Below, piece by piece: positions 36,906 through 50,982 of a stretch of DNA of 63,535 nucleotides. The stretch is from Chara braunii (lineage: Eukaryota > Plantae > Charophyceae): the NCBI GenBank assembly GCA_003427395.1, contig BFEA01000030.1:1533917-1597451 (forward strand), given 5' to 3'. Under the pieces are notes generated by a model, which did not search any database, had not been told where the DNA came from, and was given only the letters and a program-made list of their open reading frames with translations. Made by a program: the position numbers and the translations under genes. Numbering within the stretch: position 1 is the stretch's first letter; each line of letters starts with the position of its first letter.

Positions 36906-37539
36906 AGACACCATGCACGACTGATACATGAGTACAAAGTTGGGGGTCAGAGATCTAAAGACCACTGATACACTCATACAACGACGAGAGAGGGAAAGGA
37001 AAACGTATGCGGAAAGGCGGGAAACGCCAAGGGGGTGGAGCGGGAAAGAAGCCGGGACGCAGAAACAGCAGCAATCAGCCCGCAGAGCCAGATCAATCCG
37101 CCGAACGGAGAGCATCAAGCACGGCCTTGTCCAACGTGAGGTGGCGCAATATGGACAAAATAGCTGACGTTATTCATGACGGTCCCGGGGGTGTTTTTTC
37201 GCAGTGAGGTGGACAGCATAATTTCTTTTTTGCATATTAATGATGTTTTTTTTAAGTTTTTTTCGAGTACGTCAGAATATGACCTGAACCTGCAAGATAA
37301 TGACAGGAAACAGGTCCGAAACGTTTTTTCGGAATCGGGCACTACCTGGATGGAGATAGAACAGTATAAAATGGAGCACCGAGGGTGTACTCGGTAAGCA
37401 GTCTGAGTGAGGCAGGAGTAGAAGGACTATTTAAAGCGCAAATGCAGTTGCGCTGGCTACAATGTAATTTGTTTCACGATATGTAAAACTCCAAGTTACA
37501 TTGTTTTTACGAACTCTCTCTCGTCATTAAACCATTAAT

Positions 37540-38402
37540 TTAAACTATGGATCCTTCCTGCGGCTTTGTAGTTGTCCAGAAACCCCGAAATTCCTCGACC
37601 GCTTCTCCCAAAGTTGGCAGCTTTAGGAGTGAAGAGTTGAATTTGAAAAAGCCGGGGCCCCCGGTGATGTGAGTATGGAATGACAAACATATGGTTATCA
37701 TGCACTGATAGAAGGACCTGCCGGGGGAGAATGAAAGGATATCGCTCATCGTCAGCAGGCCTGCTAGATCTTGTGAGATCAGGCAGAGGTCTATACGCGA
37801 GTTGGATATGCCCGCTTCCCCCCTTGAGCGGATACGTGAGTTGGATATGCCCGCTTCCCCTCTTGAGCGGATACGTGTATACGCGCGCTTAGTCAGGTGA
37901 AGGTGTCTATAGGATCTAATGATCCCATTTCCGTCATCATGTGACTCAATGCCTGGCTATCCGGGCCTCCTTCCCTCAGACCCCCCTGGCTGGAGTCCGG
38001 TTGGGCTGCCGTTCTTCTATCTAAGTTGGGGTCTGCTGTGGCGTCGAAGTCCACTATCATTATGATGGGGACATCCCGTGGCAGTGTTTGTAAGAAATTG
38101 TTGAAGAACAGCACCCAGTGGGAAGGTTCATTGGGGGCGTATACACAGACCATGCAGATTCTTCTGCTGCGACCGCTGCTCGTAGCCAGACTGACCTGCC
38201 GTCCACCTGATCCCATTCAGCCTGTGTTTGTACTTATCTCGAGGATGGGGGTGGCTGAGGATTTGGCTGGGGCTGCAAAACACATGTGTGGCCAAATTTG
38301 GCGTGCCTGGGCTTGATGTGAGGTCGAGGCCATGAGGTGAGTTTCCTGCACCCCTATGGCATCTGGCCACTTGTCCCTCATGTCCGTTGTTACAAGGTTC
38401 AA
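37540..38402 (-). pseudogene. Non-LTR (L1/Tx1-like) APE endonuclease fragment
   Basis: DAIGVQETHL, CVYAPNEP...FF, PIIMIVDFDA, GPGFFKFNSSLL. Confidence 0.8.
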
Positions 38403-40739
38403 AAGCGCTGCTGGTTTTTGCTCATTCGTCTGCGCCAGGCCATCTGCCTGCCGGAGCTACTTAGGGCTCGGACCCACTTTGTTTTCACTCCGTATAACCC
38501 ATTCCCAATTTGGCCCAATCCCAGTTTGGCCAATAGGCCTCCTTTGGACCTTTACCACACTTATCCTGTCCAGTTTTGGACCAAAATCGGCCTACGCCCC
38601 AATAACATCGAGTCCCAAAAATCTGCTGTTAATCCGATGTGTCAGGAACTTGTACTATCTCCAAATTTTATCATCTTTTGTTCTCTCTCGATTTCATTCG
38701 CATAAGCGAACTGTTGACGGTCATCTTGTACTATCTCTGAATTGTATCATCTTCTGTTCTCTCTCGATTTCATTCAAATTAGCAAACTGTTGACGGTTCT
38801 TGGCTGCTTTACTGCTTATGATCAAGTAATTGGTTTGGCAAGGCATTTTCTCCTTTCCATTTAATTTTTCTTATTTTTTGGTCTCCATTCTAATCTCGGT
38901 GTTGATCATCATGGACATCATCATGGCATACTATCTTGGCCAATTGGGATGGACCTGTTTTTGGGCATGGCATGTTGCATGTTCCGTGAGTCGGAACCAG
39001 GTAAGGGCGCCAGTATCATGCTTTGAATCCTGGGTTCATAATCAAAGCCTTCGGTAAAGGGCCCCATCTTCTGGAAAAAAAAGCATACCTTCTGAGTTCT
39101 AACACTAAACCACAGGTATGTTTCCCAGTCATTTTTTCATAGCTGCGGCTTGCATGCTGCCAAAACTTTCAGGGCTCGGCCTTTGGAGCAAAATGGCTGG
39201 CGGCACCAGCCAAAAGGAGGCCCGCGCCGGTTCTGTTTTTCTGGCGTGCAGGGCGTTTCTAGCCCCAGAGAAAAGTGCCTTGGAAGTGCTGGTGGTTTAA
39301 AAAGGGAGGCGGTTCTTCAAGTGATGTACCTTCATAGTACCCTGTGGTGGGTGGTTCTGGCTGCAGGTTGTTTTACAGCAGAAGCAGGGAGGCAGCCCCT
39401 TGAGGGACCTGAGAAAATATCTTCTCTTTTTATTTTTTTCAAACCACCACTATCTTTTGCAGTGTTGCACTGCGGGGCATCTAGTAGCTGACTCCTGGGG
39501 TCTGGTCCCACCTACAGCGTTCCTGAGCAAATATCTTCGCTTTTTTTTTTTNNNNNNNNNNNNNNNNNNNNNNNNNNNNNNNNNNNNNNNNNNNNNNNNN
39601 NNNNNNNNNNNNNNNNNNNNNNNNNNNNNNNNNNNNNNNNNNNNNNNNNNNNNNNNNNNNNNNNNNNNNNNNNNNNNNNNNNNNNNNNNNNNNNNNNNNN
39701 NNNNNNNNNNNNNNNNNNNNNNNNNNNNNNNNNNNNNNNNNNNNNNNNNNNNNNNNNNNNNNNNNNNNNNNNNNNNNNNNNNNNNNNNNNNNNNNNNNNN
39801 NNNNNNNNNNNNNNNNNNNNNNNNNNCTTTTTTTTTTTTCAAACCACCACTATCTCTTGCAGTGTTGCACTGCGGGGCATCTAGTAGCTGACTCCTGGGG
39901 TCTGGTCCCACCTACAGCGTTGAGTTTTCTCAACGCTGAGCTTTCTATCACGTGTGGCATGGTGGGACGGAGCTCTGCCGTTGATGTATTGCGATCTAAT
40001 GGTACCGAAATACAGGAGAACAACCTATTAGATTTTGTCATTTTGTAGACTTTCTCTTTGACGTGAAATCCGTTTTGTAGTATGCTTTGGCCCTTTTTGT
40101 TTGGGCGGGAAACAGTGCTGGTCCCTGGATGGACTGGGGGACCTTCGACGGACCGGGAGCCTACCGGTCCAACCGGTTGGTTCACTGGCCCGGCAGGCCC
40201 CAGGTTCGATTTGGCGCACTCGTTTTGGGAGGTGGTACGGGGGGTTTTCGGGCGTCCCTGCCCAGCCTCTGGGAGGCTGCCGCCACCAGTGGAAAAAAAA
40301 AAGGGGCCTACCGGACCCTGTTTTCTTTTGAGAACGCACGGCCAATCTCTGCCGCCGATCGGCGCAGATCGATGGTGGAGATCGGCCGCGCGTTTCCAAA
40401 AGAAAACGGGGTCGCCAAATTTGAAAACGCGGTCGATGTCGACCGCAGATCTGCTGATCTGCGCCCGAAATTGGTCGCGTTTTGAAATGTGAATCGCGGC
40501 ATGGTTTTGCGCTGACTCCGCCCCACCGCCCCGCCTGCCGCATGCTGCAGCAACATCACACAACGTTGATGTCGTGCCATTCAGCATGCACGTCGACGTC
40601 GTGTGCTGCCACCACGCGACCACTGCCAGCGCCCTGTCTCCAGCCCGCCATCGACGTCTCTGTGCAGCTGCTTCGCCCCGACAGCCCGCTTCGTCGAAAC
40701 AGCCCCCCATAGCTGCGCAGGTAAGTCCACCAGCGCCGC

Positions 40740-41625
40740 TGCTCCTCCCCCTCTTCTTCTTCTTCTCTTCCTCCTCCTTGTCCTCGTCCTCATCATCTTC
40801 GTCTTCGTCTTCTCCTCCTCCTCCTCCTCCTCCTCCTTCCTCCTTTTCTTGTTCTTCTTCTTCTTCTTCTCTTCCTCCTCCTTGTCCTCGTCCTCATCAA
40901 CTCTTCTTCTTGTTCTCCTCCTCGTCCTCTTCTGCTTCATCTTTTTCCCTCCTCTTCTGCTTCATCTTTTTCCCTCTTCCTTTTCTTCTCCTCCTCCTCC
41001 TCCTGCTCCTCCTCCTCCTCCTCCTCCTCTTCTTCTTCCTCTTCCTCTTCTTCTCTTCCTCCTCGTCCTCATCATCTGTTTCCCTCCTCCTCCTCTTCTT
41101 CTTCTTCTCCTCTTCCTCTTCTTCTTCATCTTTTTTCCCTCCTAATCCTCATCCTCTTCTTCTCTGTCTTCTCCTCCTCATCCTCCTCCTCTTCTTCTTC
41201 TTCTTCTTCTTCTTCTTCTTCTTCTCCTCCTCCTCCTCCTCCTCCTCCTCCTCCTCCTACCTCCCCACTGAGCTCGAGCCATAGCGGTAGCGATTTTTTT
41301 TTCCTTTTTTTCATCTTGGATTCTTCTTCTTCTCTTTCTACTTCTCCTCCTCCTCATCCTCATCTTCTTCTTCTTCTTCTCCTCCTCCTCCTACCTATAG
41401 CGGTAGCGATTTTGTTTTTTCCATCTCGGATTCTTCTTCTTCTTCTTCTTCTTCTTCTTCTTCTTCTTCTTTCTTCTACTCCTCCTCCTCTTCTTCTTCT
41501 TCTTCTTCTTCTTCTTCTTCTTCTTCTTCTTTCTTCTACTCCTCCTCCTCCTCCTCTTCTTCTTCTTCTTCTTCTCCTCCTCCTCCCCCTCCTCCTCCTC
41601 CTCCTCCTCCTCTGCTTCCCTCCCC
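40740..41625. repeat. (CTT)n/(CCT)n low-complexity tract
   Basis: Direct observation. Confidence 0.95.
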
Positions 41626-42623
41626 GTTGAGCCAGAGCCATAGACATAGCAAGCGCAGTGGGANNNNNNNNNNNNNNNNNNNNNNNNNNNNNNNNNNNNN
41701 NNNNNNNNNNNNNNNNNNNNNNNNNNNNNNNNNNNNNNNNNNNNNNNNNNNNNNNNNNNNNNNNNNNNNNNNNNNNNNNNNNNNNNNNNNNNNNNNNNNN
41801 NNNNNNNNNCCCCCCTGGACCGGTCCGGCCCCGGTTGGACCGGGGCAGGTGATCCGGCCTGTTGCTGGCCCAGCCCTGGCGGTAAACCATTTTCCATTGA
41901 GAAAACTACCCTACCGAGGGTAGGGTACATTTCTCAACTGCAGTGCCTTTCCTTTTTTTTGGTTTTTTAGACATCATTGCATCCTGAAACGGAGGAACTC
42001 TGACTGCTGTGTTTGGCTGTCTGGCATCAAACTGGTTTCCTTCTTTGGGCAATGAATGCATTTGGCCGTCCCTGTCCATTTTACAAATGGTGACCTCCTG
42101 TCCCGCGTTAAGTTTTGTAAACTCAACAACGGTAGGTGGGACCAGACCCCTGCTAGGCTGCCGTCGACACCAATAGACTGGAGCATTCAAATAATAATTA
42201 AAAAAAAACAAGATTTTTTGTTCGATGGCGCCCGGCCTCCAAATTTAAATTTGGAGGCCTGCGGTCCCGTATGTGAGAAAGGTAGTGGTGGCTTAAGCCC
42301 AACCGACTCAATCAGCTGTGTCCCAGAGGCCTTTCAGGGCTTTTTTATTATCATCATAGTATTATTACGAGGAACCGTGTGGCAGCCAGTTGTGTTCAAG
42401 CCTCCAGCAAGGGAACATGGGGGGGCTGCGTCCTACCTGCAGGTGGGCTATATCGTCCATTGGTCAGCCAGTAGCATCAGGACCAAGCTGTGTGGCCAGT
42501 TGCTGTGCCTCCCCTCCAGTCCCATGCCCCTACGAACATCAGCAGTCTCTGCTCAGTGCCAATCGGGGAGACCAACGGGCTATCCCTACGTGAAGAGCAC
42601 CAAGCATGTCCGGGAAGGTATAC

Positions 42624-42696
42624 GAGGCCACTTGGGATTGAACCCATGACCTCATGAATGCCACATGTGCCTTACCAACTGAGCTAGGCTGCTGGA
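42624..42696 (-). mobile_element. tRNA-derived SINE head or pseudo-tRNA
   Basis: Minus strand: TCCAGCAGCCTAGCTCAGTTGGTAAGGCAC...GGGTTCAATCCC (A and B boxes); homologous to 58400-58474. Confidence 0.7.
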
Positions 42697-44794
42697 TGTG
42701 TGAAAATACCTTGAAAACCAGTAGTTCACACCAGCGTAAGTTGATGAAGCTACCGTCTGAGGCTCACCAGTCTGCCATCACGCCTTTTTTCAAGTGGCCT
42801 GCAACGTTCACTACTGGCCCAGGTCTGAATCAAAATGATCTTACCACCTAACCAGTATTAGCAGTACTCTGCTTAGAGTGAACTGACGGAGCGAGTCTGC
42901 AACTGCGCCTTTTCCATCCCTCGTGCTTTCGGTGCTTGCCCAGGCCTGCTGAATCGGAATTGAGATGCTCTTACTGTGTAATGGGTAAGAGCAGTACTCT
43001 GCTTCTGGTGAACTGGCGAGAGAAAGGGCCCTGGAGGGACAAAAGGGGGAGGTCCTGCGAGAGACAGTTAATGTAATTCCCAGTACGATCACACACGGCC
43101 TGCAGAAGGACGTACCCTAGTACTAGTAGGTTGTTGAAGTTATATTTAGTGAGACCATTTCTTGAGGAATAAACTTCCTGTAAATTTTAGGATTTATCTT
43201 ACCGCACCCTTTCGCTTTGGAGTGAAAAAAAAGTAAAACAAAAAGCATGCGGTTTGCTGATGCCAGTAGGGTAGGGGGCGAGCAGGAGGTTGGGTAAGGG
43301 GGCGAAATGGGGTTGGTCGTTGGTGCTCATAACTAACAGTCAGAAAAAAAAATCTGGGGAGGCATGCAGTGGCCTGCTTTGGTTTCGGCATTCGGATCAG
43401 CAGAGCAGACCACATGCAGTGGTGAACAGTCAGTCGATGAGCGCGTCAGAATTATCGTGCGATGCTGCAGGCCCCTTGGATGTCCCTTTCAAATGATTAT
43501 AAACATGCCTGACTGACGCGGATGGCAATAATAGGCCGACCTGCGGCAAGGTCCCAGTTACAGCAATTAAGAGATTCTGGCTGTACACAGAGAAGATCAA
43601 CCGCCAATATCTCTTAACATGTGCAAGTGGGGTCGTGCCTCAGGTCCTGCGTTGGCAAATGCCTGCCTGCCTTCCTGTCTGTCTGCCTGTCCACCTGCCT
43701 CTCTGTCTCTCTCTCTTTCTCTGTCTCTCTCTGTCTCTCTCTGTCTGTTTGTCTGTCTGGCTGGCTGCTCCTGCAGCAAAATACGTTTTTATCTCCACAT
43801 ACTTGTGATTGTAATGAGCACTTCAACTACTTTTTGTTTCTTTGCTAGAAATGTTAGCACATCACTTAGTAGCCAAAAAGGAAATAGCTTTTGATTTTTT
43901 TTGAATTTTTGTAAAAGCACTCTTTGCAGTAAGAGTCTGGCTTAAGGCATAAATAGTTGGGGGGGGGTGCAACATGCATCCCCTCTGATGGCTGGAGGGA
44001 TACAACAAAGCTATGCTNGCAGGGGTCCCCTGTATAAGCCTTATGAGTAGTGGTAGGTAGGTAGTGAAGATGAATTGAAAGAACTTGAGAGATGATGAAA
44101 GCTTTGAGAGAAGAATGTAGCGTAGTTAAAAAAAAACAAAAAAAAAAACAAAGAGAAATGGACCAAATGGTGACAAATGGACCCAAAAAAAAAAAGAGAA
44201 AAAAAAGGAACTCGATGAGGGGTGGGGGACGATGAAAAAGGGAGACGCAGCTACTGGCAGGTCTCGATCTTTGTGTTATGCTTGCAGGGGTCCCTCTAGA
44301 TAGCCTTAGGAGTAGGTTGTGAAAGGCAAAAACAGAAGTTGAGAGAAGAATATAGAAAAAAAAAAGAAAAAGAAAACGGAAAACAAAATGATCTATTGGC
44401 GAGATGGTGGATGTCTTACGTGCTAGTTAGGGCTTCTGACCTCTCTCTTAAGCCAGTTCTGCCACAGATTCTGTGGTGACTTTGGCGCCGTTTCTCCACA
44501 GCACGTTATTAGGGTTTTGCAGGGATTAGTGGTCTAATTTTTGGGCTTGGCCAGTGATGCGTCTCCCATTAAACCACCATTACTTGGCCCAGCTATCGGC
44601 CGCGGGCCTTCCCCATTAATGCGCAGGGCCCTGCGGGGGTCGGCCAAGGGATGGCCCACTCGTTGCTGAAAGGCCGGGCGCCACTTTTGGTGGGATGACA
44701 CAATAACCAAAAAAAAAAAAAAAAAAAAAAAAACACAAGAAAAAGGAAAAACAACGACAAAGAACGTAGGCGCGCACGCTACACACACACACAC

Positions 44795-44832
44795 CTGTCT
44801 CTTATACACATCTAGATGTGTATAAGAGACAG
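44795..44832. other. Nextera mate-pair junction adapter (technical artefact)
   Basis: Exact CTGTCTCTTATACACATCT-AGATGTGTATAAGAGACAG (Tn5 mosaic-end palindrome). Confidence 0.97.
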
Positions 44833-47690
44833 CTTCTGAACCTGGAACATTGGTATTAAGCATGCTCACGTTGCACAGGGAACTAAAAACGTTGGGATTC
44901 CCTAGCCACATGATTACAGACGGAGTAAGAAAAGTGGCGAGGAGGGTGGGAGGGAGAATATGGCCTCAACTGTGCACTCACCTGGAAGATCTGTATGGCA
45001 TAAAGCGCAGACGCACGCCTGCAGGTTTCTTGGTCAGGATCTAAAGACACCATGCACGACTGATACATGAGTACAAAGTTGGGGGTCAGAGATCTAAAGA
45101 CCACTGATACACTCATACAACGACGAGAGAGGGAAAGGAAAACGTATGCGGAAAGGCGGGAAACGCCAAGGGGGTGGAGCGGGAAAGAAGCCGGGACGCA
45201 GAAACAGCAGCAATCAGCCCGCAGAGCCAGATCAATCCGCCGAACGGAGAGCATCAAGCACGGCCTTGTCCAACGTGAGGTGGCGCAATATGGACAAAAT
45301 AGCTGACGTTATTCATGACGGTCCCGGGGGTGTTTTTTCGCAGTGAGGTGGACAGCATAATTTCTTTTTTGCATATTAATGATGTTTTTTTTAAGTTTTT
45401 TTCGAGTACGTCAGAATATGACCTGAACCTGCAAGATAATGACAGGAAACAGGTCCGAAACGTTTTTTCGGAATCGGGCACTACCTGGATGGAGATAGAA
45501 CAGTATAAAATGGAGCACCGAGGGTGTACTCGGTAAGCAGTCTGAGTGAGGCAGGAGTAGAAGGACTATTTAAAGCGCAAATGCAGTTGCGCTGGCTACA
45601 ATGTAATTTGTTTCACGATATGTAAAACTCCAAGTTACATTGTTTTTACGAACTCTCTCTCGTCATTAAACCATTAATTTAAACTATGGATCCTTCCTGC
45701 GGCTTTGTAGTTGTCCAGAAACCCCGAAATTCCTCGACCGCTTCTCCCAAAGTTGGCAGCTTTAGGAGTGAAGAGTTGAATTTGAAAAAGCCGGGGCCCC
45801 CGGTGATGTGAGTATGGAATGACAAACATATGGTTATCATGCACTGATAGAAGGACCTGCCGGGGGAGAATGAAAGGATATCGCTCATCGTCAGCAGGCC
45901 TGCTAGATCTTGTGAGATCAGGCAGAGGTCTATACGCGAGTTGGATATGCCCGCTTCCCCCCTTGAGCGGATACGTGAGTTGGATATGCCCGCTTCCCCT
46001 CTTGAGCGGATACGTGTATACGCGCGCTTAGTCAGGTGAAGGTGTCTATAGGATCTAATGATCCCATTTCCGTCATCATGTGACTCAATGCCTGGCTATC
46101 CGGGCCTCCTTCCCTCAGACCCCCCTGGCTGGAGTCCGGTTGGGCTGCCGTTCTTCTATCTAAGTTGGGGTCTGCTGTGGCGTCGAAGTCCACTATCATT
46201 ATGATGGGGACATCCCGTGGCAGTGTTTGTAAGAAATTGTTGAAGAACAGCACCCAGTGGGAAGGTTCATTGGGGGCGTATACACAGACCATGCAGATTC
46301 TTCTGCTGCGACCGCTGCTCGTAGCCAGACTGACCTGCCGTCCACCTGATCCCATTCAGCCTGTGTTTGTACTTATCTCGAGGATGGGGGTGGCTGAGGA
46401 TTTGGCTGGGGCTGCAAAACACATGTGTGGCCAAATTTGGCGTGCCTGGGCTTGATGTGAGGTCGAGGCCATGAGGTGAGTTTCCTGCACCCCTATGGCA
46501 TCTGGCCACTTGTCCCTCATGTCCGTTGTTACAAGGTTCAAAAGCGCTGCTGGTTTTTGCTCATTCGTCTGCGCCAGGCCATCTGCCTGCCGGAGCTACT
46601 TAGGGCTCGGACCCACTTTGTTTTCACTCCGTATAACCCATTCCCAATTTGGCCCAATCCCAGTTTGGCCAATAGGCCTCCTTTGGACCTTTACCACACT
46701 TATCCTGTCCAGTTTTGGACCAAAATCGGCCTACGCCCCAATAACATCGAGTCCCAAAAATCTGCTGTTAATCCGATGTGTCAGGAACTTGTACTATCTC
46801 CAAATTTTATCATCTTTTGTTCTCTCTCGATTTCATTCGCATAAGCGAACTGTTGACGGTCATCTTGTACTATCTCTGAATTGTATCATCTTCTGTTCTC
46901 TCTCGATTTCATTCAAATTAGCAAACTGTTGACGGTTCTTGGCTGCTTTACTGCTTATGATCAAGTAATTGGTTTGGCAAGGCATTTTCTCCTTTCCATT
47001 TAATTTTTCTTATTTTTTGGTCTCCATTCTAATCTCGGTGTTGATCATCATGGACATCATCATGGCATACTATCTTGGCCAATTGGGATGGACCTGTTTT
47101 TGGGCATGGCATGTTGCATGTTCCGTGAGTCGGAACCAGGTAAGGGCGCCAGTATCATGCTTTGAATCCTGGGTTCATAATCAAAGCCTTCGGTAAAGGG
47201 CCCCATCTTCTGGAAAAAAAAGCATACCTTCTGAGTTCTAACACTAAACCACAGGTATGTTTCCCAGTCATTTTTTCATAGCTGCGGCTTGCATGCTGCC
47301 AAAACTTTCAGGGCTCGGCCTTTGGAGCAAAATGGCTGGCGGCACCAGCCAAAAGGAGGCCCGCGCCGGTTCTGTTTTTCTGGCGTGCAGGGCGTTTCTA
47401 GCCCCAGAGAAAAGTGCCTTGGAAGTGCTGGTGGTTTAAAAAGGGAGGCGGTTCTTCAAGTGATGTACCTTCATAGTACCCTGTGGTGGGTGGTTCTGGC
47501 TGCAGGTTGTTTTACAGCAGAAGCAGGGAGGCAGCCCCTTGAGGGACCTGAGAAAATATCTTCTCTTTTTATTTTTTTCAAACCACCACTATCTTTTGCA
47601 GTGTTGCACTGCGGGGCATCTAGTAGCTGACTCCTGGGGTCTGGTCCCACCTACAGCGTTCCTGAGCAAATATCTTCGCTTTTTTTTTTT
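44833..47690 (+). repeat. Apparently identical duplicate of 36694-39551 (likely assembly artefact)
   Basis: Identical ORF translations at a constant offset of 8139; starts at the adapter, and both copies end at a gap. Confidence 0.9.
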
Positions 47691-48724
47691 NNNNNNNNNN
47701 NNNNNNNNNNNNNNNNNNNNNNNNNNNNNNNNNNNNNNNNNNNNNNNNNNNNNNNNNNNNNNNNNNNNNNNNNNNNNNNNNNNNNNNNNNNNNNNNNNNN
47801 NNNNNNNNNNNNNNNNNNNNNNNNNNNNNNNNNNNNNNNNNNNNNNNNNNNNNNNNNNNNNNNNNNNNNNNNNNNNNNNNNNNNNNNNNNNNNNNNNNNN
47901 NNNNNNNNNNNNNNNNNNNNNNNNNNNNNNNNNNNNNNNNNNNNNNNNNNNNNNNNNNNNNNNNNNNNNNNNNNNNNNNNNNNNNNNNNNNNNNNNNNNN
48001 NNNNNNNNNNNNNNNNNNNNNNNNNNNNNNNNNNNNNNNNNNNNNNNNNNNNNNNNNNNNNNNNNNNNNNNNNNNNNNNNNNNNNNNNNNNNNNNNNNNN
48101 NNNNNNNNNNNNNNNNNNNNNNNNNNNNNNNNNNNNNNNNNNNNNNNNNNTTTTTAAAAAAGACAGACCCATCAGTGCTAGTGATGCTGTTGAGGGCAGA
48201 GATCACTAGCACCTAGGGAGAGGCTCCATCTATTGGTGGGGAGCGTCACCTGCTGGAAAACGGGTCCAGCGTCCCTTATACAGAGATACATCGAATAAGT
48301 ACTCAGATCGGGAATGAGCCTGCCAGCATTGATTACTCTGCAAACCAGAGTCCTAAGCATAAACATAAAATAAAATAAAGGGGAAACTACGTGGGAGTCA
48401 CAAAAATGAGTAACTGTTACAATTGCACTATGGGCCAACATACAGTTTCAAATTGCAGTTTGGGCAATGTATACAACCCAACTTCTGGGCAGGTAGCATG
48501 CCCGAAGTGCAATTGCAAACTGTATCTTGCTGCATAGTGCAATTATAACTCGTTTCTGTGACTCTACTGAAGTTACCCCTAAGAACTAAAAGAGGTGAGG
48601 TACCCAGGAAAACAAAGGCGCAAGTAGGTGCCAAGGGAAAACCCGTGGGACCCATGTGTCCGTAGCGGGCACGCAGATAAGACTGACACCCGAAAGCGGC
48701 AGTTCCGATGCCTGAGAGGCATAC

Positions 48725-49729
48725 GGCGTCGTTAGACACTCCTTATATGAGTCCTTAAGAGTTCCTTGAGCCACAAGGAATTCTCCTTGTGGCTCATGAG
48801 GGGATTTTGCGGCGTCCTTCCACACAGCCTTGGGGACATCCCCCGAGGATGTTTCCTTATGGCCTCCACGCGGCCATTTTCATACGAAAATATGCGGCTG
48901 CGGGCGGGGTTGTCCGTGGTCCAGCGTCCGGTGTCCGTGTGGAGACAGCGTGGTCCAGCGACGTCCGGCGGGAGAAGGCATGAGGGAGGCCATGAAAAAT
49001 AAAATAAAAAATGGGGACCTCTACGTTTGAAATTCAAAATTTGAAGTATGGCTGTGGTGACGACAATGACGTTCGGCTTGCGGCGCGCAGACGGTTCAGG
49101 GCTGAATGCGAGCCGGTGCAGGGCTGAATTGGCCTTAGCAGCGGCGTCCCTTCCGCCCACCTCCTGGTCAGTGTACGTGCGACGTGCGTGCACCGAGTGC
49201 GTCCATCACTGTCGAGCTTCTCCTCCACATCGTCCGCGCCGTCACACATAGTTCCGCCAGGGGGACCGCATCCACGGAAAGTCAGCAGCTTCTCGGACCT
49301 CTCCTCAGGACTCAGGAGGTGAGCGGGTTACGTCTCTGGGGTGCGAGGATCAAGACGGCAGTGGAGAGACGTCATCCTTGTGGAGGTGTGGTGGTGATGG
49401 AGGGCGGCAGAGAGGGCGGACATGCGCTGTTGACACCACTTGAGCGGGCAGCCGTGGCGGCGGCCCTGTCAACCGTTGTTCTTCATTGTCAGCAGGAGAG
49501 GGTGCTGGGACGAATGAAGGAGCAGTTGCGCGCGCGTAGAAGAAGGATGTTGATGCAAGCTGCGGATGACGGGCCCAACTACATTGCAACTTTGGAGGCT
49601 GTCATTGAGTTGTGCTACACATTGGGTTGCGGCGTCATCCCACGAGCAACATCGAGGTGGTGGATCAAACACAGGACGGGAGGGATGTGGGAAGACCTTC
49701 AGCAATGCGGCGATGCCACGGTCCAGTAA
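48725..49729 (+). mobile_element. PIF/Harbinger-like DNA transposon left end with transposase N-terminal fragment
   Basis: GGCGTCGTTAGACAC terminus shared with 55468; ORF 49184-49729 ends RWWIKHRTGGMWEDL, resembling Harbinger/HARBI1 N-termini. Confidence 0.55.
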
Positions 49730-50755
49730 GGATGGTGATCACTGATTTTGCTGTTGTGAGTCCCGTTAGGACAGAAGTAGAAGGGGAGTGATTGTCAGGT
49801 TCAACAAGCAATTCAGAATCTGGTTTGGGTTGAGTATGTCTTAGGAGACTTTTGCTGGGACGACGCAGACCGGTGCTGGGGCAGTGGGGCGTGGTTGCTC
49901 CGTCCTGTAACTCTGATCAGCGGGAGCTTGAGGTCTGGGAAGTTGCCGAGATTAGCAAGCAACCAGCAATTTTCGACGACTGGCCGATGTTGGGGCATAG
50001 CCCTGTGATCTGGTTGGAGACGGAGGCTGGGGGAGTTGTAGAGGGAGGAAGGCACTCCAGTCCGTTATAACAATGAGAGTCGGAGCTGGGGCGGGTTGTG
50101 CTGCCCTGTAACCCTAGCTGAAAAGGGGGTTTGAGACTCGGGGAGTTAAATTACGAGGACAGAAAGGCGTGAGCCGGGGTTGGGTTAGCCTGTTAAACTG
50201 GGGGGTTGGAAGGATGGTTGCCAGTTTTCTCTTCTGGGAATTGTGTTTGCTTCTTGCATAGACTGAGCTCAAAGCTTGTTTCCTATCCTTGAGTGTTCAA
50301 TTGCTTATAAAAAGTCGGTTGCTCTTTAACCACCAGTACCTCTCCCTGCTTGAAGAATTTGACGCGGCCGTTAACGCGCCGCATCGCGTGGGGTACCCAC
50401 CGGCGTGTGACCGGTAGTCCCCAAAAAACGGTACCCAAANNNNNNNNNNNNNNNNNNNNNNNNNNNNNNNNNNNNNNNNNNNNNNNNNNNNNNNNNNNNN
50501 NNNNNNNNNNNNNNNNNNNNNNNNNNNNNNNNNNNNNNNNNNNNNNNNNNNNNNNNNNNNNNNNNNNNNNNNNNNNNNNNNNNNNNNNNNNNNNNNNNNN
50601 NNNNNNNNNNNNNNNNNNNNNNNNNNNNNNNNNNNNNNNNNNNNNNNNNNNNNNNNNNNNNNNNNNNNNNNNNNNNNNNNNNNNNNNNNNNNNNNNNNNN
50701 NNNNNNNNNNNNNNNNNNNNNNNNNNNNNNNNNNNNNNNNNNNNNNNNNNNNNNN

Positions 50756-50803
<48 letters not shown>

Positions 50804-50868
50804 GTCGAAATGAGAAAGAATCTTTCGCGTTATCACGGAAGATTCATTCTCATTTCAACGTACACACT

Positions 50869-50899
<31 letters not shown>

Positions 50900-50902
50900 A
50901 GG

Positions 50903-50982
<80 letters not shown>

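Larger units (their letters stand above)
31733..37521 (+). mobile_element. Penelope-like retroelement 1 (GIY-YIG N-terminal to RT; Naiad/Chlamys-type domain order) with pseudo-LTRs
   Basis: ~650-bp direct repeats at 31733-32384 and 36862-37514 include the RT C-terminal coding end, as in a PLE partial tandem; PLE-type RT motifs are present. Confidence 0.88.

Noticed and set aside
40574-41630. Long Ser/Pro/Leu/Arg/Glu-rich ORFs
   Set aside because: They are translations of CTT/CCT low-complexity sequence.
44795-44832. Tn5/IS50 mosaic ends as a bacterial transposon or horizontal transfer
   Set aside because: It is an exact head-to-head synthetic Nextera junction adapter with no transposase.
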